Shown here piece after piece: positions 40,491 through 55,420 of a DNA stretch of 64,000 nucleotides. The notes beneath the pieces were generated by a model. That model had not been told where the DNA came from and searched no databases. It was given only the letters and a program-made list of their open reading frames with translations. Position numbers and translations under genes: made by a program. The stretch is from NCBI RefSeq assembly GCF_009914755.1, contig NC_060926.1. The stretch is one strand, 5' to 3'. The DNA comes from the human T2T-CHM13v2.0 reference genome, Homo sapiens. The first letter of the stretch is position 1; each line of letters opens with the position of its first letter.

Positions 40491-43146
40491 CACCTCTTAG
40501 AGTTATGAGGAAGCAGATGTAACAAGACATTCAATAAGACACAGTGCCAAAGTTCACCATCACTTTTAGGGCTATTAGTTACCTAATTTAAGGCTTCTTC
40601 TTGGATTAATATTATGCCAATGACTAATATATTATTAAAATTTTTCTTTGATAAACAGACTTTTAAACAAAAAATAAATTATCCCTAAATACTTGATGTA
40701 TATGAAAACCTTTGTCTAAACTCATATTCTCAAAAGCCAGGAAAGACACAATTTGAAAGAGTGTTGATAGTGACAAACTCAGTTATCTGAAAGACATATA
40801 CAGGCTGCCCAGGTCTTGCAATCTATTACCACATAGCATAATGCTGTCTACATTGACTGGGCCAGAAATACTTCATTTCACTAGATCACAATCTTATAAG
40901 ACAGACTTGTCATTTTAATTTGTCACTCTTTGTCTCCTATATCTCATTGAAGTCTCATCTCTTAGCCAAGTGCCATAGGCTACTTCTCTTAGAAAAAAAA
41001 ATCCCATCACACTGAATAAAAAGAGGAAAGTCAGTAAGAGAAAGTTTGTGTCTAAAGACGCTACTATAGATTCCATTCCCACAGGCATAGCAGGTGGTAT
41101 AAATACAATCTAAACTGAGACAGAAAAATGAATTGTTGCTTCTATTTCCTGTCTCCAGAGTCTCTGGGAATGTTATATCTTCTTCTTCTACACAGCTATT
41201 GATTTCATCAATAGCTTATCATCCACAGAGCAAAGAGGAAGGGGAAAAAGGAAATAAGAGTATAGGAGGGCTAACGTCTGATATGTGGTCTGAGCCTGAA
41301 AAAAAAAAGTGTAGCAATTTTGAATTAATAAGGACAAAAGTCTACCTACTCTAGATATTCTTCCTGTTGATGTAAAAAATAGGTCATTATTTTTTTTATC
41401 AAACTTCCAACCGTTATCAAGAAGTGGCATACAAATATGAGGCACTTTTATTAAGCATTTGTGGTATTCAATAAACACAATATAAATATCTTACTGCATT
41501 CCACTGGCTCATTTCTCCATTCCCCTTCATGTAAAGTTAATTTAATTTTTTCCTGATCAATAATACCCTTCTTTCCTTTTTTATGCTTTGGAACAGCAAT
41601 CATGGGTCCCCGCTGAGATTCCTATAACTCTTTAAAAGCATCAGTTGGTTTCACCACCAGAGAACTGGAGATAGCACTATCTGTATGTTTAACATACATT
41701 CCTTTCATCAAAATTCTTTACTTCCATTGGGCTTTACTTGAAGATATTTTGCCTTCATATGAGGGATTTAATTCATGACAGCATTTGCCAATTTTTTTCT
41801 GCAGTGGAGAAGATGATTACAGAATGAGTACTTATTCCTCTGTCCCACTAGGCTTTCTTTTCCTCCTCTTCCCCTGCGTGATTCACTGCTTGGCCAGTGA
41901 ACTCCCACACATTCAGCAAAGAAACAAGACTTCCAACATTACTGGAGACACCTGGGAATATGGCAGGGCTGTTAAAACTGGCTGGCCATTTTCTCTAAGA
42001 CTAAAAAAAACCCTCCAAAAACAAGACACATCCTCAAAATAAATCAAAGTAACAGCAACAAAAAAATGATGTCTAATTTTTAAACTATCTGTCTAAAGTC
42101 TTTGTGCCATCCCTTACATTTCTTCATACCTCACTGAGAAACTCTTATATGGAGCTATAAAAATGAATAAAAATTAATGTGAAATGAAATGACTTAATGT
42201 CTGTGTGAATGCCCGCTAATAGTTTCATAAAATATTAATGAAAAGTACATATTTAAAGCATAATTTAAGAACTAAAACCTAATATTAGAATAATATGTAT
42301 TTAATTGTTCAGATGCCTTTCATATATGTGCTACTTGTCTTAAACTATATGCTTTTAGAGGTTAAAGACCACATATGTTTAACCAGTTCTGCATGCCATT
42401 AGGTGCAGGTAAGATGCATAAAAAGGGCTTTTAGGTGATGATCTGATACTAAAATTAAAAGTGTGTGTATTAACCTAAAGAGAAAATGAGTAAAATAATG
42501 AGTAAAGAGAAAATGAGTAAAATTAGTAAAACAGAGCTGGATATTAAAGACCAGAAAACAGGATTTGTTTCTAGCTATCCTCAGGAGCAAAGTTTTTTGG
42601 TTTCAGTGCTTCCTCTAGCTTATTGTCGTTCTCTCACTCTGCATCTGCTAGTACTGCAGCATTACTGAGGCCTCCTCTAATTTATACTTTTAGAATATTG
42701 CATGAGAAAATACTGTTATAGCAAGTTTTACCCTACAAGGATGCAAAAAACAAAATTAATAAATTGAATATTTAATATAAGTATGCACAGGGAGACATTA
42801 AACAAATGTTTCTTGATAAAGATAGCTACATATCTGCATGTTCACCTGCTCAAAGAACTATAGAAGCATCAGGAAAAACTAGAATATGAACCATGTTTCT
42901 AACAAATGATAGAATCAATGCATTGTACAAAAATGTAAGCTGAAAAAAGAACATAAAATTTAAGTTTTCAAATTTCTTTTACAGCACATATTATTCATTT
43001 ATCAAATGAATCTGTTCAGGTGAAAATGATGACATAAACAATGAGCATCATACAATATAGAAAACAAAACAAAGTAAGTGAGTAGTCATCAAAATTCTGG
43101 ATCATAAAATTGTAGAATGAAGGACTTAGGTTTTTTCCCTAGTATA

Positions 43147-43608
43147 TGGTAAGACCTCACTTAATGTCTTTGATAGGTTATTGGAAACTGCTACTTTAGG
43201 CAAAATGATTATAATGAAACCAATTTTACCATAGCCTAATTGATAAAAATGAGAGTTCAGTTCCTATAGCATATTTCTGGTCACAAAAACATCACTGAAC
43301 TTCTAAAGACCCAAAACACTGCCAAGATTGAACACTGAAATAAATGTGAGCTACATATACATTTAAGAAAGATTAATAAAAAAAGTAAGACAATTACCCA
43401 ATTTATGGTGAATCAGTGAGTGACGATAGTAATAGTGGTAGTGAGCTGAATCAAGGAATAAATGTTTGCGTCCCCAGAAAAGACACAAACAGACATGGGG
43501 AGAAGCCAAAACTCCACACAGACTGTGGCCCGCAGAGAATCCATCTTTCTCTCATCAACATTACAATGAAATGATGGTGAACTAAATGACGTTATTGCAA
43601 AACCTGTG
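43147..43608. mobile_element. MER6 (TcMar-Tigger) with internal deletion
   Basis: gtaagacctcacttaatgtc...catatttctggtcacaaaaacatcac...cagacatggggagaa...aaactccacacagac...gacgttattgcaaaacctg, flanked by TA. Confidence 0.85.
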
Positions 43609-45086
43609 TAGTATACATTTGTTTAAATAAGTGCCATAGGTAATATCAGTGTTCATTTGTAATGGATTTATTGAGATAAGTAATTTACATACCATAATAG
43701 TCACCTATATAAATGTACAATTTAATGATATCGGTATATTATTTATGCAGATGTACAAACATCACCAAAATCCAGTTTTAGAACATTTCTACTGCCCAAA
43801 AAGTTCCCTTGTGCCTCGTATGCAGTTAATCCTTACTCTCGTGCCCAAGTTCTAGGCAACCAATGATGTGCTTTTGTTTAAATATGCCTTTTCTAGACAT
43901 TTTAAATAACTGGGATCATATAATACGCAGTCTTTTGCATTTGGCTTTTTTTACTGAGCATAATGGTTTTGATGGTCATGTATCAGTAGCTCATTCCTTT
44001 TAATTGCTAAATAAGATTGCATTGTACACATACACCACATTTTATCCATTTATTAGTTAGTGGACATTTGGATTGTTTCTACACTTTAGTACTAAAGAAT
44101 AATGTTGTCATGAACACTTGTGTACATATCTTTGTGTGGGAGTATATTTTCATTTCTCTTGGGTAGACTCCTAGGAAATGTATTTCTGTTTCATATGCTA
44201 AATTAATGTTTACTTTCTAAAAAACTGCCAAAAGGTTTTCTGAAGTGCCTGAGGCATTTTACATTCCTACCAGCAATATGTGAGAATTCCAGTTTCTTCA
44301 TATCTTTGCCACCACTTGACATTGTGTGTCTGTTGGATTACAGCCATTTGAATGGATGTGTCATAATCTCTCACTGTGGTTTTACTTTGCGTTTTTCTTA
44401 TGACTAAAGATGTTGAGCATCTTTTGATGTAATGTATGCTATTCACATGTTTTCTTTGGTGGAATTTCTATTAATATATTTTGCCTTTTAAAAATTGTGT
44501 TGTATGTCTTCCTTTAATTGAGTTGTAAGAGTTCTTTACATATTCTAGATACAATTACTTTATCAGGCACATGACTTGCCAAATTATCTCCCGGTCTGTG
44601 ACTTGTCTTTTTATTTTCTTAATCATGTTTTTTGAAACACAGTTTTGAACTTTGGTGATTTCAATATATCATTATTTTATTTTATTATGGATCATGCTTT
44701 TTGCATATCTAAGGATGCATAACCCAAAGTTATGAGGGTGTTTGTTCCATATTTTTTTCTATTTTTTTAGAGGTTTTATAGTTTTTACTCATTTAGATCT
44801 GAAGTCTATTTTTAATTAATTGTGGTGGTGTTAGAAGGAGTCAAAGTTTTTTTAAGTTATTAATTAACACATGTGGATATCCAATTGTCCCAGCACTACT
44901 TTTTTAAAAGGCTATCCTTTTCCCATTGACTCTTTTTGTCATCTTTATTGAGTTCTCTTTATTTGTAAACTCTAAATTCTGTTGCATTATCTATCTTCCT
45001 TTCCTTGTGCCAGTACTACACTGTCTTATATGGTTTTAATAAGTTTTTAAACCAGGTATTGTTGTTTTCTAACTTTGTTCTTTTTA

Positions 45087-45693
<607 letters not shown>

Positions 45694-47173
45694 TTTTTAA
45701 AAAGTTTTTAACTACACTAGCACTTTTATTTTTCATACAAATTTTAGGATCAGCTTGACGATTTCTATCAAAAGAGTTTGCTGGCATGTAATAGGAATTA
45801 CAAAAAGTTTCGAGATCAATTGGGAGAGAGTCGTCATCTTCACAGTATTGAGACTCAATCAATGAACATGGGAAAATCTCTCCAGTTATACCAGTCTCCT
45901 TTAATATTTCTCAACAATGTTTTATAGTTTCTAGTATATAAGTCTCTAATGGAGAATTACATTGAATAGATTATATATTTATATATATATTATATATATT
46001 TATATAAATATAAATGCGACAAATATGTGTGGATTCTTTAGGATTTTCTGCATAGCAGATAACATCTGCAAATAAAGCCAGTTTTACTGTTTCCTTTAAA
46101 CTTTGTATGTTTTAATTTATTTCATTTTTTTCTCATCTTATTGCACTAGCTAGAACCTCCAGTACAATGTTAAATAGAAGTGGTGAAAAAGTGGACGTCC
46201 TGGATTTGTTTACACTTGTAGAAGGAAAGCATTTTGTCTTTTACCATTCAGAATAATGGTAGCTGTATGGTTTTTTAGATGCTATTTCTCATTTTATAAA
46301 GTTCCCATCTATTACTAGTTTGTTGAGCGGTTTTATACACATAGCTGATGGTTTGTTAAATGCTTTTCTCCCTCAGTTTATTTGATCATGTGCTATTACT
46401 TTTTTAGTCTGTTAATATGGGGAATTACATTGAATAGATTTTTAATATTGACTATTAAAATATTGCAGTTGGAAAAAATAATACAAAGAGGTTTCTTTTA
46501 CCCTTTGTGTAATTCCACCAATGGTAACATCTTACAAAAGTAAATTACAGTACCACAACTAGAATATTGGCACTGATACAATCCACTTATCTTATTCAGA
46601 TTTCTGCAATTTTAGTTGTTTTTATTTATGTGTGTGTTTGCATGTGTAGATGTTCAGTTCTATACAATTTCAACACATGTAAGTTTGTATTATCAAGCAT
46701 CACGGTCAAGATGCAGAAGAGTTTAATCACAAGGGTCCCTTGAGTTACCCTTTTATAATCACACTCAATCTCCTCCTTCCTCCCATTATGCCCTAACCCT
46801 TGGCAACTCATACTCTGTTCTCTATTTCTGAAATTTTAACTTTTCAAAGTGTTACATGAATGGAATGAATAAATTACGCAATCTTTTGTAATCGCCTTTT
46901 TTACTCAGCATAAATTTCCAAAATTCATCCATATTGTTGTAGTTCATTCCCTTTTATCTGAGTAGTATTCCATGGTAGATATGTACCTCAGTCTGTTTAA
47001 CTATTCACTCTTTGAAAGAAATATGGGTTGTTTTCAGTTTGGGGCTTACATGAATAAGACTGCTAAGAACATTCATATACAAGTGCTTGTATAAACATAG
47101 GTTTTTATTTTTCCAAGAAAAACACCAAGACAGCATTTTTCAGTTCAGTAATTGTATGTTTAAAGAAATTGCC

Positions 47174-47327
47174 CAGGAGAATGGCATGAACCCCAGAGGC
47201 GGAGCTTGCAGTGAGCCTAGATCGCGCCACTGCATTCCAGCCTGGGTGGGCGACAGAGCGAGACTCCGTCTGAAAAAAAAACACAAAACAACAACAACAA
47301 CAAAACAAACAAACAAAAAACAAAAAG
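47174..47327 (+). mobile_element. 5'-truncated AluY with A/C-rich microsatellite tail
   Basis: caggagaatggcatgaacccc...ggcggagcttgcag. Perfect 12-bp TSD aaagaaattgcc. Confidence 0.95.
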
Positions 47328-48119
47328 AAAGAAATTGCCAAACTGTTATCCAAAATGCTTTGTGAATATTTTCTTCCAGTCTGCAGTTGTCTTCTAAACC
47401 TAACGGAATCTTTCAGAAAGCAAGCTTTTAATTTTTATGAAATCCAACTCATCAATCTATTTTTTTTTTATGAATAGTAGTTTTGATGTCAAGGCTAAGA
47501 ACTCATTACCTTGCCCTAGGTCCTGAAAATTTTCTGCTTTATTTTCCTAAAGGTTTTACAGTTTTAAATCTGAGAGTCTGTGAGATATTTTGGGCTAATT
47601 GTTGTAAAAATTATAAAGTTTAGAACAAAAATTGGGAGATTTTTCTATGGAGTTTCAATTGCTCCAGCATCAAATGTTTAAATGGGTACCATTCTCCACT
47701 GAGCCAAATTGCATTTTAAACTTCTGTTGTTTTCTACCACTTCAGTCAAAAAACTCTGAATAATTTCAATAGTTATCATTATTGAGGTTTATTTATTTAT
47801 TTATTGTTTAGGTTTATATATGAGGATATTGTATATTTTGTACCTGTTCTACAGATACTTGAAAAGAATATATATTCTGCTGTTTTTAAATGGGCATTTT
47901 CTATAAATGGCAATTAGATCCTATTGGTTGATGGTATTATTGAATTCTGTATCATTACTGATTTTTATCTCTCAGTTTTCTATTTGTTGAGAAGAGTGTT
48001 GAAATCTCGAGCTATTATTGTGAATGTGGTTATTTCCCCTTTCAGTTTTATCTCTTTGCTTCACACATACTCCTCTGTTGTTTGGTGCATTCACATTAAG
48101 GAATACTATGTTTTCTTTA

Positions 48120-48735
48120 TTTTAACTTTTGTTTTCTTTTTAATTTTACTTTAAGTTCTGGGATACATGTGCTGAACATGCAGGTTCATATATAGACACA
48201 TAGGTATACATGTGCATGGTGGTTTGCTGCACCTATCAACCCGTCATCTGGGTTTTAAGTTCCACATGCATTAGGTGTTTGTCCTAATGCTCTCTCTCCT
48301 TTTACACCCTACCCCCCGACAGGCCCCAGTGTGTGATGTTCCCCTCCCTGTGCCATGAGTTCTCATTGTTCAACTCCCAATTACGAGTGAGAACATGTGG
48401 TGTTTGGTTTTCTGTTCCTGTGTTAGTTTGCTGATAATGATGGCTTCCAGCTTTATCCATGTCTCTGCAAAGGGCATAATCTCATTCTTTTTTATGGCTG
48501 AATAGTATTCCATGGTATATTTGTGCCACATTTTCTTTATCCAGTCTATCATTAATGGGCATTTGGGTTGGTTCCAAGTCTTTGCTATTGTAAATAGTGC
48601 TGCAATAAACATATGTGTGCATGTGTCTTTATAGTAGAATGATTTATAATACTTTGGGTATATACCCATTAGTGGGATTGTTGGGTCAAATGGGATTTCT
48701 GGTTCTATATCCTTGAAGAATCACCACACTGTCTT
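48120..48735 (-). mobile_element. L1PA (PA8-like), 5'-truncated
   Basis: ORF 48370-48669 is the ORF2 C-terminus (DTCTHMFIAALFTIAKTWNQPKCP..WIKKMW). TSD actatgttttctt / actctgttttctt. Confidence 0.93.
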
Positions 48736-49979
48736 GAGCGCCTAGAAAACTCTGTTTTCTTAATAAATTGACCCTTTGTCATTATCAAATATTTACCTAT
48801 CCCAGATAATTTGCCTTGTTTTGAAATCTGCTATATCAAAACAAGTAATATAGCTACTCCTATTTTCTTTGGATTAATCTTTACATGATGTGTCTTTTTT
48901 TTTTTTTTTAGTTTTAAGCTATTTATACCATTATATTGGAAAGAATATTATTTTAGATATGGTCTCAATTATTTTCACAATTTACACTTAATGTAACTAC
49001 ATTCGATGGTTTTATAAATTTTGCTTACATCATCTAACAGAATTCAGAACATTTAAGAAGAGTAAAAGAATATGTCATATTTATGCATATTTTTGTTCTA
49101 TCTGTTGTATTCTTCTTTCTTCCTGATGTTGACAGTGTATCCTTTTATCATTTCCTTTCCATTTAGAGATTTCTCTTTAGTCATTAATTTAGGATAGGTT
49201 GTCTTAGAACCTGAAACTGTTTGATATCTTCATTTCTGAATGATAATTTCACAGCATTTTTTTCCTTTTAGCACTTCAAAACTATTGTGCCAACTTCCTC
49301 TGGTTGCCATGGTTTGTTTTTAAAAAAACTGTTGTCATTTTATTTGTTTCTTTCCTATACAAATTACGCGATTTCTCTCTGACTAATTTCCACATTTTTT
49401 TCTTCTTTTTCTTTTCGGAAATTTGATATGGAGATGTCTTGGTATAGATTTCATTGAATTTATCCTCTTAGTGGTTTGCTCAGCTCTTGAAACTATAGAT
49501 ATATACTTCCTGGAAATTTGGGAGGTTTTTTAGCTATTGTTTCTTTGAATACTTTTTTGGCCACACTTTTTCTCCTGTCTCTGAGACTGTGATGACACAA
49601 TGTTAGATATTTTGTTATTGTCCCACATTTTTTTAAGATCTTATTCATTGTTTCCATCTATTTTCTCTGTTGTTTGGATGGAGTAATTTTTATTGTTCTA
49701 TCCTCAGGCTCACTGATCCTTTCTTCTCTTCTTCTTATTCTGATGTTGAGCTCATTCATTGAGTTCCTATCTCAGTTACTATATTTTTTAGTTCTAAGAT
49801 GTTCATTTAGTCTTTCTTTCCTCTTCTATTTCTTTTCTCAAATACTTTTATATCTTTGATGACACTTTCTATTTTTTATTTGTTACAAGCATGTTCATAC
49901 TTGCTAGTTGGAATTTTTTTGTTAGCTGCTAAAATTTCATTATCAGGTCATTCTAATATCTGTGTCATCTCAGTGTCCA

Positions 49980-50345
49980 TTAAGGCAATTCCCACTGCTA
50001 CTTGTACTTTTATATTTCTTATGACTCCCTAAACCCATTTTATCTCTAGGTAGGGTTAAATTCTTCTCCCACGATCTGGATTTTCAAATTTTCCATGGGG
50101 ATGTGTGCTCAGAGGTAGGTTTTTCCCCCTTTCACACTTTGGGAATTCACAGTTTTTCATCTGTTTCACAGAATTTGCAGTGGCATGCCACTTCTTTAAA
50201 AGGATCTATGAATTCTTTTGGTTTTCCTAGTACATTTCTGGTGTGGTTCTCAGAGTAGAAGATCATGGCATGAATCTCCACACACCATTCTATCCATCCA
50301 TATGGGAGCTACACATTAGCCCTGTCTCCTATTCACCTTCTTTCA
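49980..50345 (-). mobile_element. L1PB-like 5' UTR fragment
   Basis: ggtagggttaaattcttctcccacgatctggatttt...tctccacac...gtctcctattcaccttctt resembles the L1PB 5' terminus. Confidence 0.6.
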
Positions 50346-50993
50346 ACACTGCTCCCTTTCCTTCTTTTTTTTTTCTCCTCACTGGATAATTTCAAATGAC
50401 CTGTATTTGTGTTTACTATTTTTTTCTTCTGCTTGACAATTTTCCTATTGATACTCTCTATTATATTTTTTACTTCATTCATTGTATTATTCAGCTCCAG
50501 AATTTGTTTTATTCTTTCTTATTTTTATCTCTTTGTAGACTTCATCCTTTTGTTCATACATTACCTTCCTAATTTTTTCAAGTTACCTATTTGTGTTCTC
50601 TTGTAGCTTGTTGAGCTTCCTTAATTCTTTTTTCTGGCAGTTTATGATCTCCATTTCTTTAAAATCTGTTACTGGAATGTTGTGTTCCTTTCATGGTGTC
50701 ATGTTTTCTTAATTGTTTGTTTCTTGTAGCCTTGCTTACATGTCTTGAAGACTTTATAGACTGGTTTTGTGGGGGAAAAAATCTTCAGCATGAGTGGGTG
50801 TGAGAGTACTGGCTCAATGTAATGTGGTGGTTCTGACTCTGGTGAGGGAAGAGCATAGTCTTTATGTAGCTTCATTACCTGAGGTTAATATTGGCAAAGA
50901 TGTCAGGGATCCTCAGTGGCCAAGGCTGTGGGTTTCTACAGCAGCAGTGAGGACTTTTTGGGTTTTTGGTGGCAAAGACTGCTAGGATCCTCC

Positions 50994-50996
<3 letters not shown>

Positions 50997-51027
<31 letters not shown>
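50997..51027. repeat. (TC)n microsatellite
   Basis: About 15 units. Confidence 0.95.
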
Positions 51028-51030
<3 letters not shown>

Positions 51031-51189
51031 GGTTTATGGAAGATGTCATGGCCAAGAAGATTCTTCTTGGCACCAGTTGTAGCTTCCATGCATGCTCACA
51101 TTGGCAGCATCACTGGTGCCAAATGTGTGACAACTGTGGAGCAGCCATTGAGCCAGGGTCTTGAGTGCAGGCTCATGTGGAAGGATTGA

Positions 51190-51681
<492 letters not shown>

Positions 51682-54600
51682 TAGCAGTGGCTTTTCTGTC
51701 CTAGGCATGGGCTGTCATGTAGTGGCCACAGAGTTGGGGTCCAGAAAGGGGGTGTGTGTGGAACAACCACAGTTCCAGAGTCTGTAATGCAGATGGCCTG
51801 ATGCATTGGTAGCTCTTTTGCCTGCCATGTGTGGGGCAGAGTAACTGTGAAGCCAGCATCTGGAGCATAGGTATACACAGAGTGACCATATCTCTAGTAT
51901 CTAGGGCACATGCTAGCACAAAGTGGTAGTAGCTTCAGTGTTTGAGGCACAGATGCACATGGAAGGTCACAGTTCCAGGGTCTGGGGAGTATGCAAAGAG
52001 TGCAGGGTGTGGAATTGTCTCAGAGCAGTGTAATAGCGATTCCGACTCCTTCCTGGAGCTAAAGGGCAGAGTAGTGTTTCTCTGTCCAGGGGGTCTGCAA
52101 CAGTGATGGCTGTTAATTACTTCACTGGTAAAAGGTGATGATATCCTCTGTGGAGCAGGCCACTGAGGTCTGCACTGATGAACACTAAGGACACTCTGCA
52201 GGGAGTTCAAAGCTGCCACAGGTGATGTTGAGGTACTTAGCAGCAAAGGCTGTTGGAGTCCTCTGCAAAGCAAGTCACTGGGCACAATAGTGGCACCCAC
52301 CATATGGTTGATACTGAGAATTCTTACTCTGCTACTTTGTTCCTAGCCATCTGTAGATGTCTCCACTATGCTAATTTCCCCAGCAATCATATCTGTGTGG
52401 TTATTCATTGCTTTTTGCTCCATTGTATTGCTGCAGGTTCTTAACTGGACTCTTGAGCCCTCCTAAGGCTATTTTCATTTTTTGATAGCTGTCTAATTTC
52501 TGGTTTTTGTGTGGTGGAATGAAAGCTGGTATCACCTACTCCACTATCTTGCTGATGTTCCCATCATGAATTATTTTACACATATCTAAATAATCATTAG
52601 AAAAGTGTTCTTTGTTTACCCTATTTCTATTTGTTGTTGCTTACCCATGTAATATGAACTGTTTATGCTATAATATTATTTACTTTCCCCTGCATTTTGA
52701 TTTTTAATAACTGTATAGTATACTCTTTTTGGATTTCCACATTCTATTTAACCAATTCTCTGCAGGCATATGCTTAGGTTATTAATGATATTTTGACATT
52801 AGAAATAATATAATGATAAATATTATGTACACACTTCTTTGTGTGTATCTCAATGACTTTTAGGATAATATTTAATAAATAAATTAATGAGTAAAAGGTT
52901 ATGCACATTTTTAGGGCTTTGATACATGTTGCCAAAGTGCCTTCCAAACAGGATGTATTAATTTTCACCCTACCAGCTATAGACAAATAATTCCCATTTT
53001 CCTGGACTAATAGTTCTATTGTGTATTATTTGGGAATTTTTGATAGTTGATTCTATTTTTTTACATCTCCTTAGCTGGCATTTGTTAAAATGAAAAATAA
53101 TGCTAAAAGATTATTGATAATGTCAGTTAAGAAATGTACAGTACTCAAAGACAGAGCATATGAAAGCCCTGGGCATCTGCATGCCATTGTACATAAGATA
53201 TTAAGTGATTATTTGTTTATTTGTCCATTTATAAAACATATTGTAGAAGGATTAAACTGTATCCTAAAAGAGATAGTAACTTGTGTTATACTGAAGTATT
53301 TGTTATTACAGCATATGTAACAGATAATATTTGTTTACATTTTTAATTACTTAACATTTTCAGCCAAGAAAATCTCTGGGGATAATGCTTCATTTACAAG
53401 AGTGTCCCCGCAAAAGACAACATAATGTAATCACATATTACCAACAATTCCATGACAACGATGCAGTGGTTTTAAAATGACTTCCAAATAAAGGCTTAAT
53501 TATAGCAAGCTATAAAAAAATTAAACAAGATACAATAATGGCACTAAAATTAAATTAAGGAAAAATAGCACAGTACATAGAGATGTGAATAGAAATGAAG
53601 ATTCTGAAACTAAATACCTGGCATATTGTCCATTATGTTCTGAAATCCCATTGTTAGAGTCTAATTGCTCCTTCCTCAGAACTCACAATGTTGGGTACAA
53701 ATGAATCATAAGGCTATACTCAATAATCAGAACTGATTCAATATATGGAAGAAAGAAGAATCTTGTTATTAAAAGTCATTCATACTTTTTTATTCTAGTG
53801 AGGTTGGTGGGGAGTGGAGTTGTGGGAGCAAAATTACATTAGTACAAGAGCAGGAACCACATCATCTTCTCCATTTTTTCAACATAACATGCACAACATT
53901 CACTAAATGGGCTGAAAGTATCTAAATGACAACTTTTCTTACGGTTTGGAAACATTTTTGAATAAATATATATTTTAGTATGTAGATATCTGGTACCTCG
54001 TGGTCCTAAAATTTTAAATAAAGTGAGGGAGCCATGGTGAAAACAATTCATAAGAACTTGGTGAAGTACAATCAGGAATATATGATAGAAAGCAGAAAGT
54101 TATATCTTTATGTTAGTAGCTAAAACACTTTTTCTAATATGCATGACATATTTCTGCTTTATGAATGTAGAAACCTAGTAATATCAACCTATATTTTCAC
54201 AAAGCTGCCCTTACAAAGCAAAATAAGTAAGACAACCATTGTTAGTTATCTTGGATTCAACCAACCCACAATATATGAGATTTGAGCTGATCTGATGGCA
54301 ATCTATTTGTAAACTCAGTATTCTCATGGCAAATACACTTTAAATAAAGTTCCTTAAGATGTTCATTTTTAAAGCATCTCTGGAGTGATAGAAGAAGGTT
54401 TCAGACAATGTGAGGGAAACTATGGAAGAGGAACTTGTACTATAGTATAAGAGGATTCAAGAAAATGTTATTGGTTCAGCTGGATACATTCATAGGATAT
54501 AACTAAAATGCAAACTCCAAAAGGAGGGCCAAAACTATAATTTAGAAAATCATTTGGCTGCAACTGAACTTGTTATTGCTTCTCAAAAATGCACAAAGCT

Positions 54601-54771
54601 GTTTTACACCCATCTTTTCTTAACTGGCTGATGACAAAGGTCCATAAGAATTATCTCCATTTTATAGTTAAATAAAATTCAATGAAAAGCAAATGACTTC
54701 TCTGAGACATTTTTATCTTAGGCGAAACCAGAATACATGCTGCATTTATTCTGTTACTTGATGACACATGT

Positions 54772-54928
54772 TTGTAGCTCCCAGATTCCCTTGCATCACT
54801 TATTAAAATAAGTTTGCCAGGACCCAGCATAGGCCTTTTGAATCAGAATCTTCAGGGACGGATTCTGAGAAAAAGCATTTTATTCAAGGATCCAGGTGAT
54901 CTTTATCAAAAAGCTTTGGCAAACTTGG
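54772..54928. mobile_element. MER5A1-like hAT MITE
   Basis: tgaatcagaatcttcaggg...ccaggtgatctttatc...tttggcaaac. Confidence 0.6.
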
Positions 54929-55189
54929 CAACGTGAGCTTAATGCCATCAAGATCAATGATTTGACCTTTATGGGAAGCAAGTTTAAAGTCAAAGTGTAC
55001 AACCTCCAATTTGAGACAGTAAAAAAGGCAAGATACAGCTTTTCTTACTCATAAGATCCCATCATCATTAACTCAACCTACAAGTACACATTTTACAAAG
55101 TTTGACTTTCCTAACTCAAAAATTCCTGCCTATGCAAACTGACCTAACAAGAAACAACATTCAGTTTTTTCCCAACTTTATCATTGAGA

Positions 55190-55420
55190 ATAATACTACT
55201 ACTAGCACTTATTGAGTATGTTCAATGTGTATGTTACCATTTTAAATATTAAATTCACTTAATAACTTTAACAACCCTGTAAGTTAGGCACAATTATTAA
55301 TATTAACCCCATAAAGAAACTGAAGCAGATGTGGTTAAGTAACTTTCCCAAGATTATACCACTAATAAGTGCCCAAAGCACAACTTTGAACCAAAAGGTA
55401 ATAGTGCCAGGGGCCATGCT
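55190..55420 (-). mobile_element. MIR
   Basis: agcacttattgagt...acaaccctgtaagttagg...aagaaactgaagcagatgtggttaagtaactttcccaagattatac. Confidence 0.85.

Larger units (their letters stand above)
46445..49975 (-). mobile_element. Old L1 (L1MC/MD-like) fragments
   Basis: ccaatggtaacatcttacaaaa...actgatacaatccac 3' UTR followed by deleted ORF2/ORF1 antisense pieces. Confidence 0.75.

Noticed and set aside
42477-42530. Repeated aaaatgagtaaa units
   Set aside because: Short low-complexity slippage repeat with no further structure.
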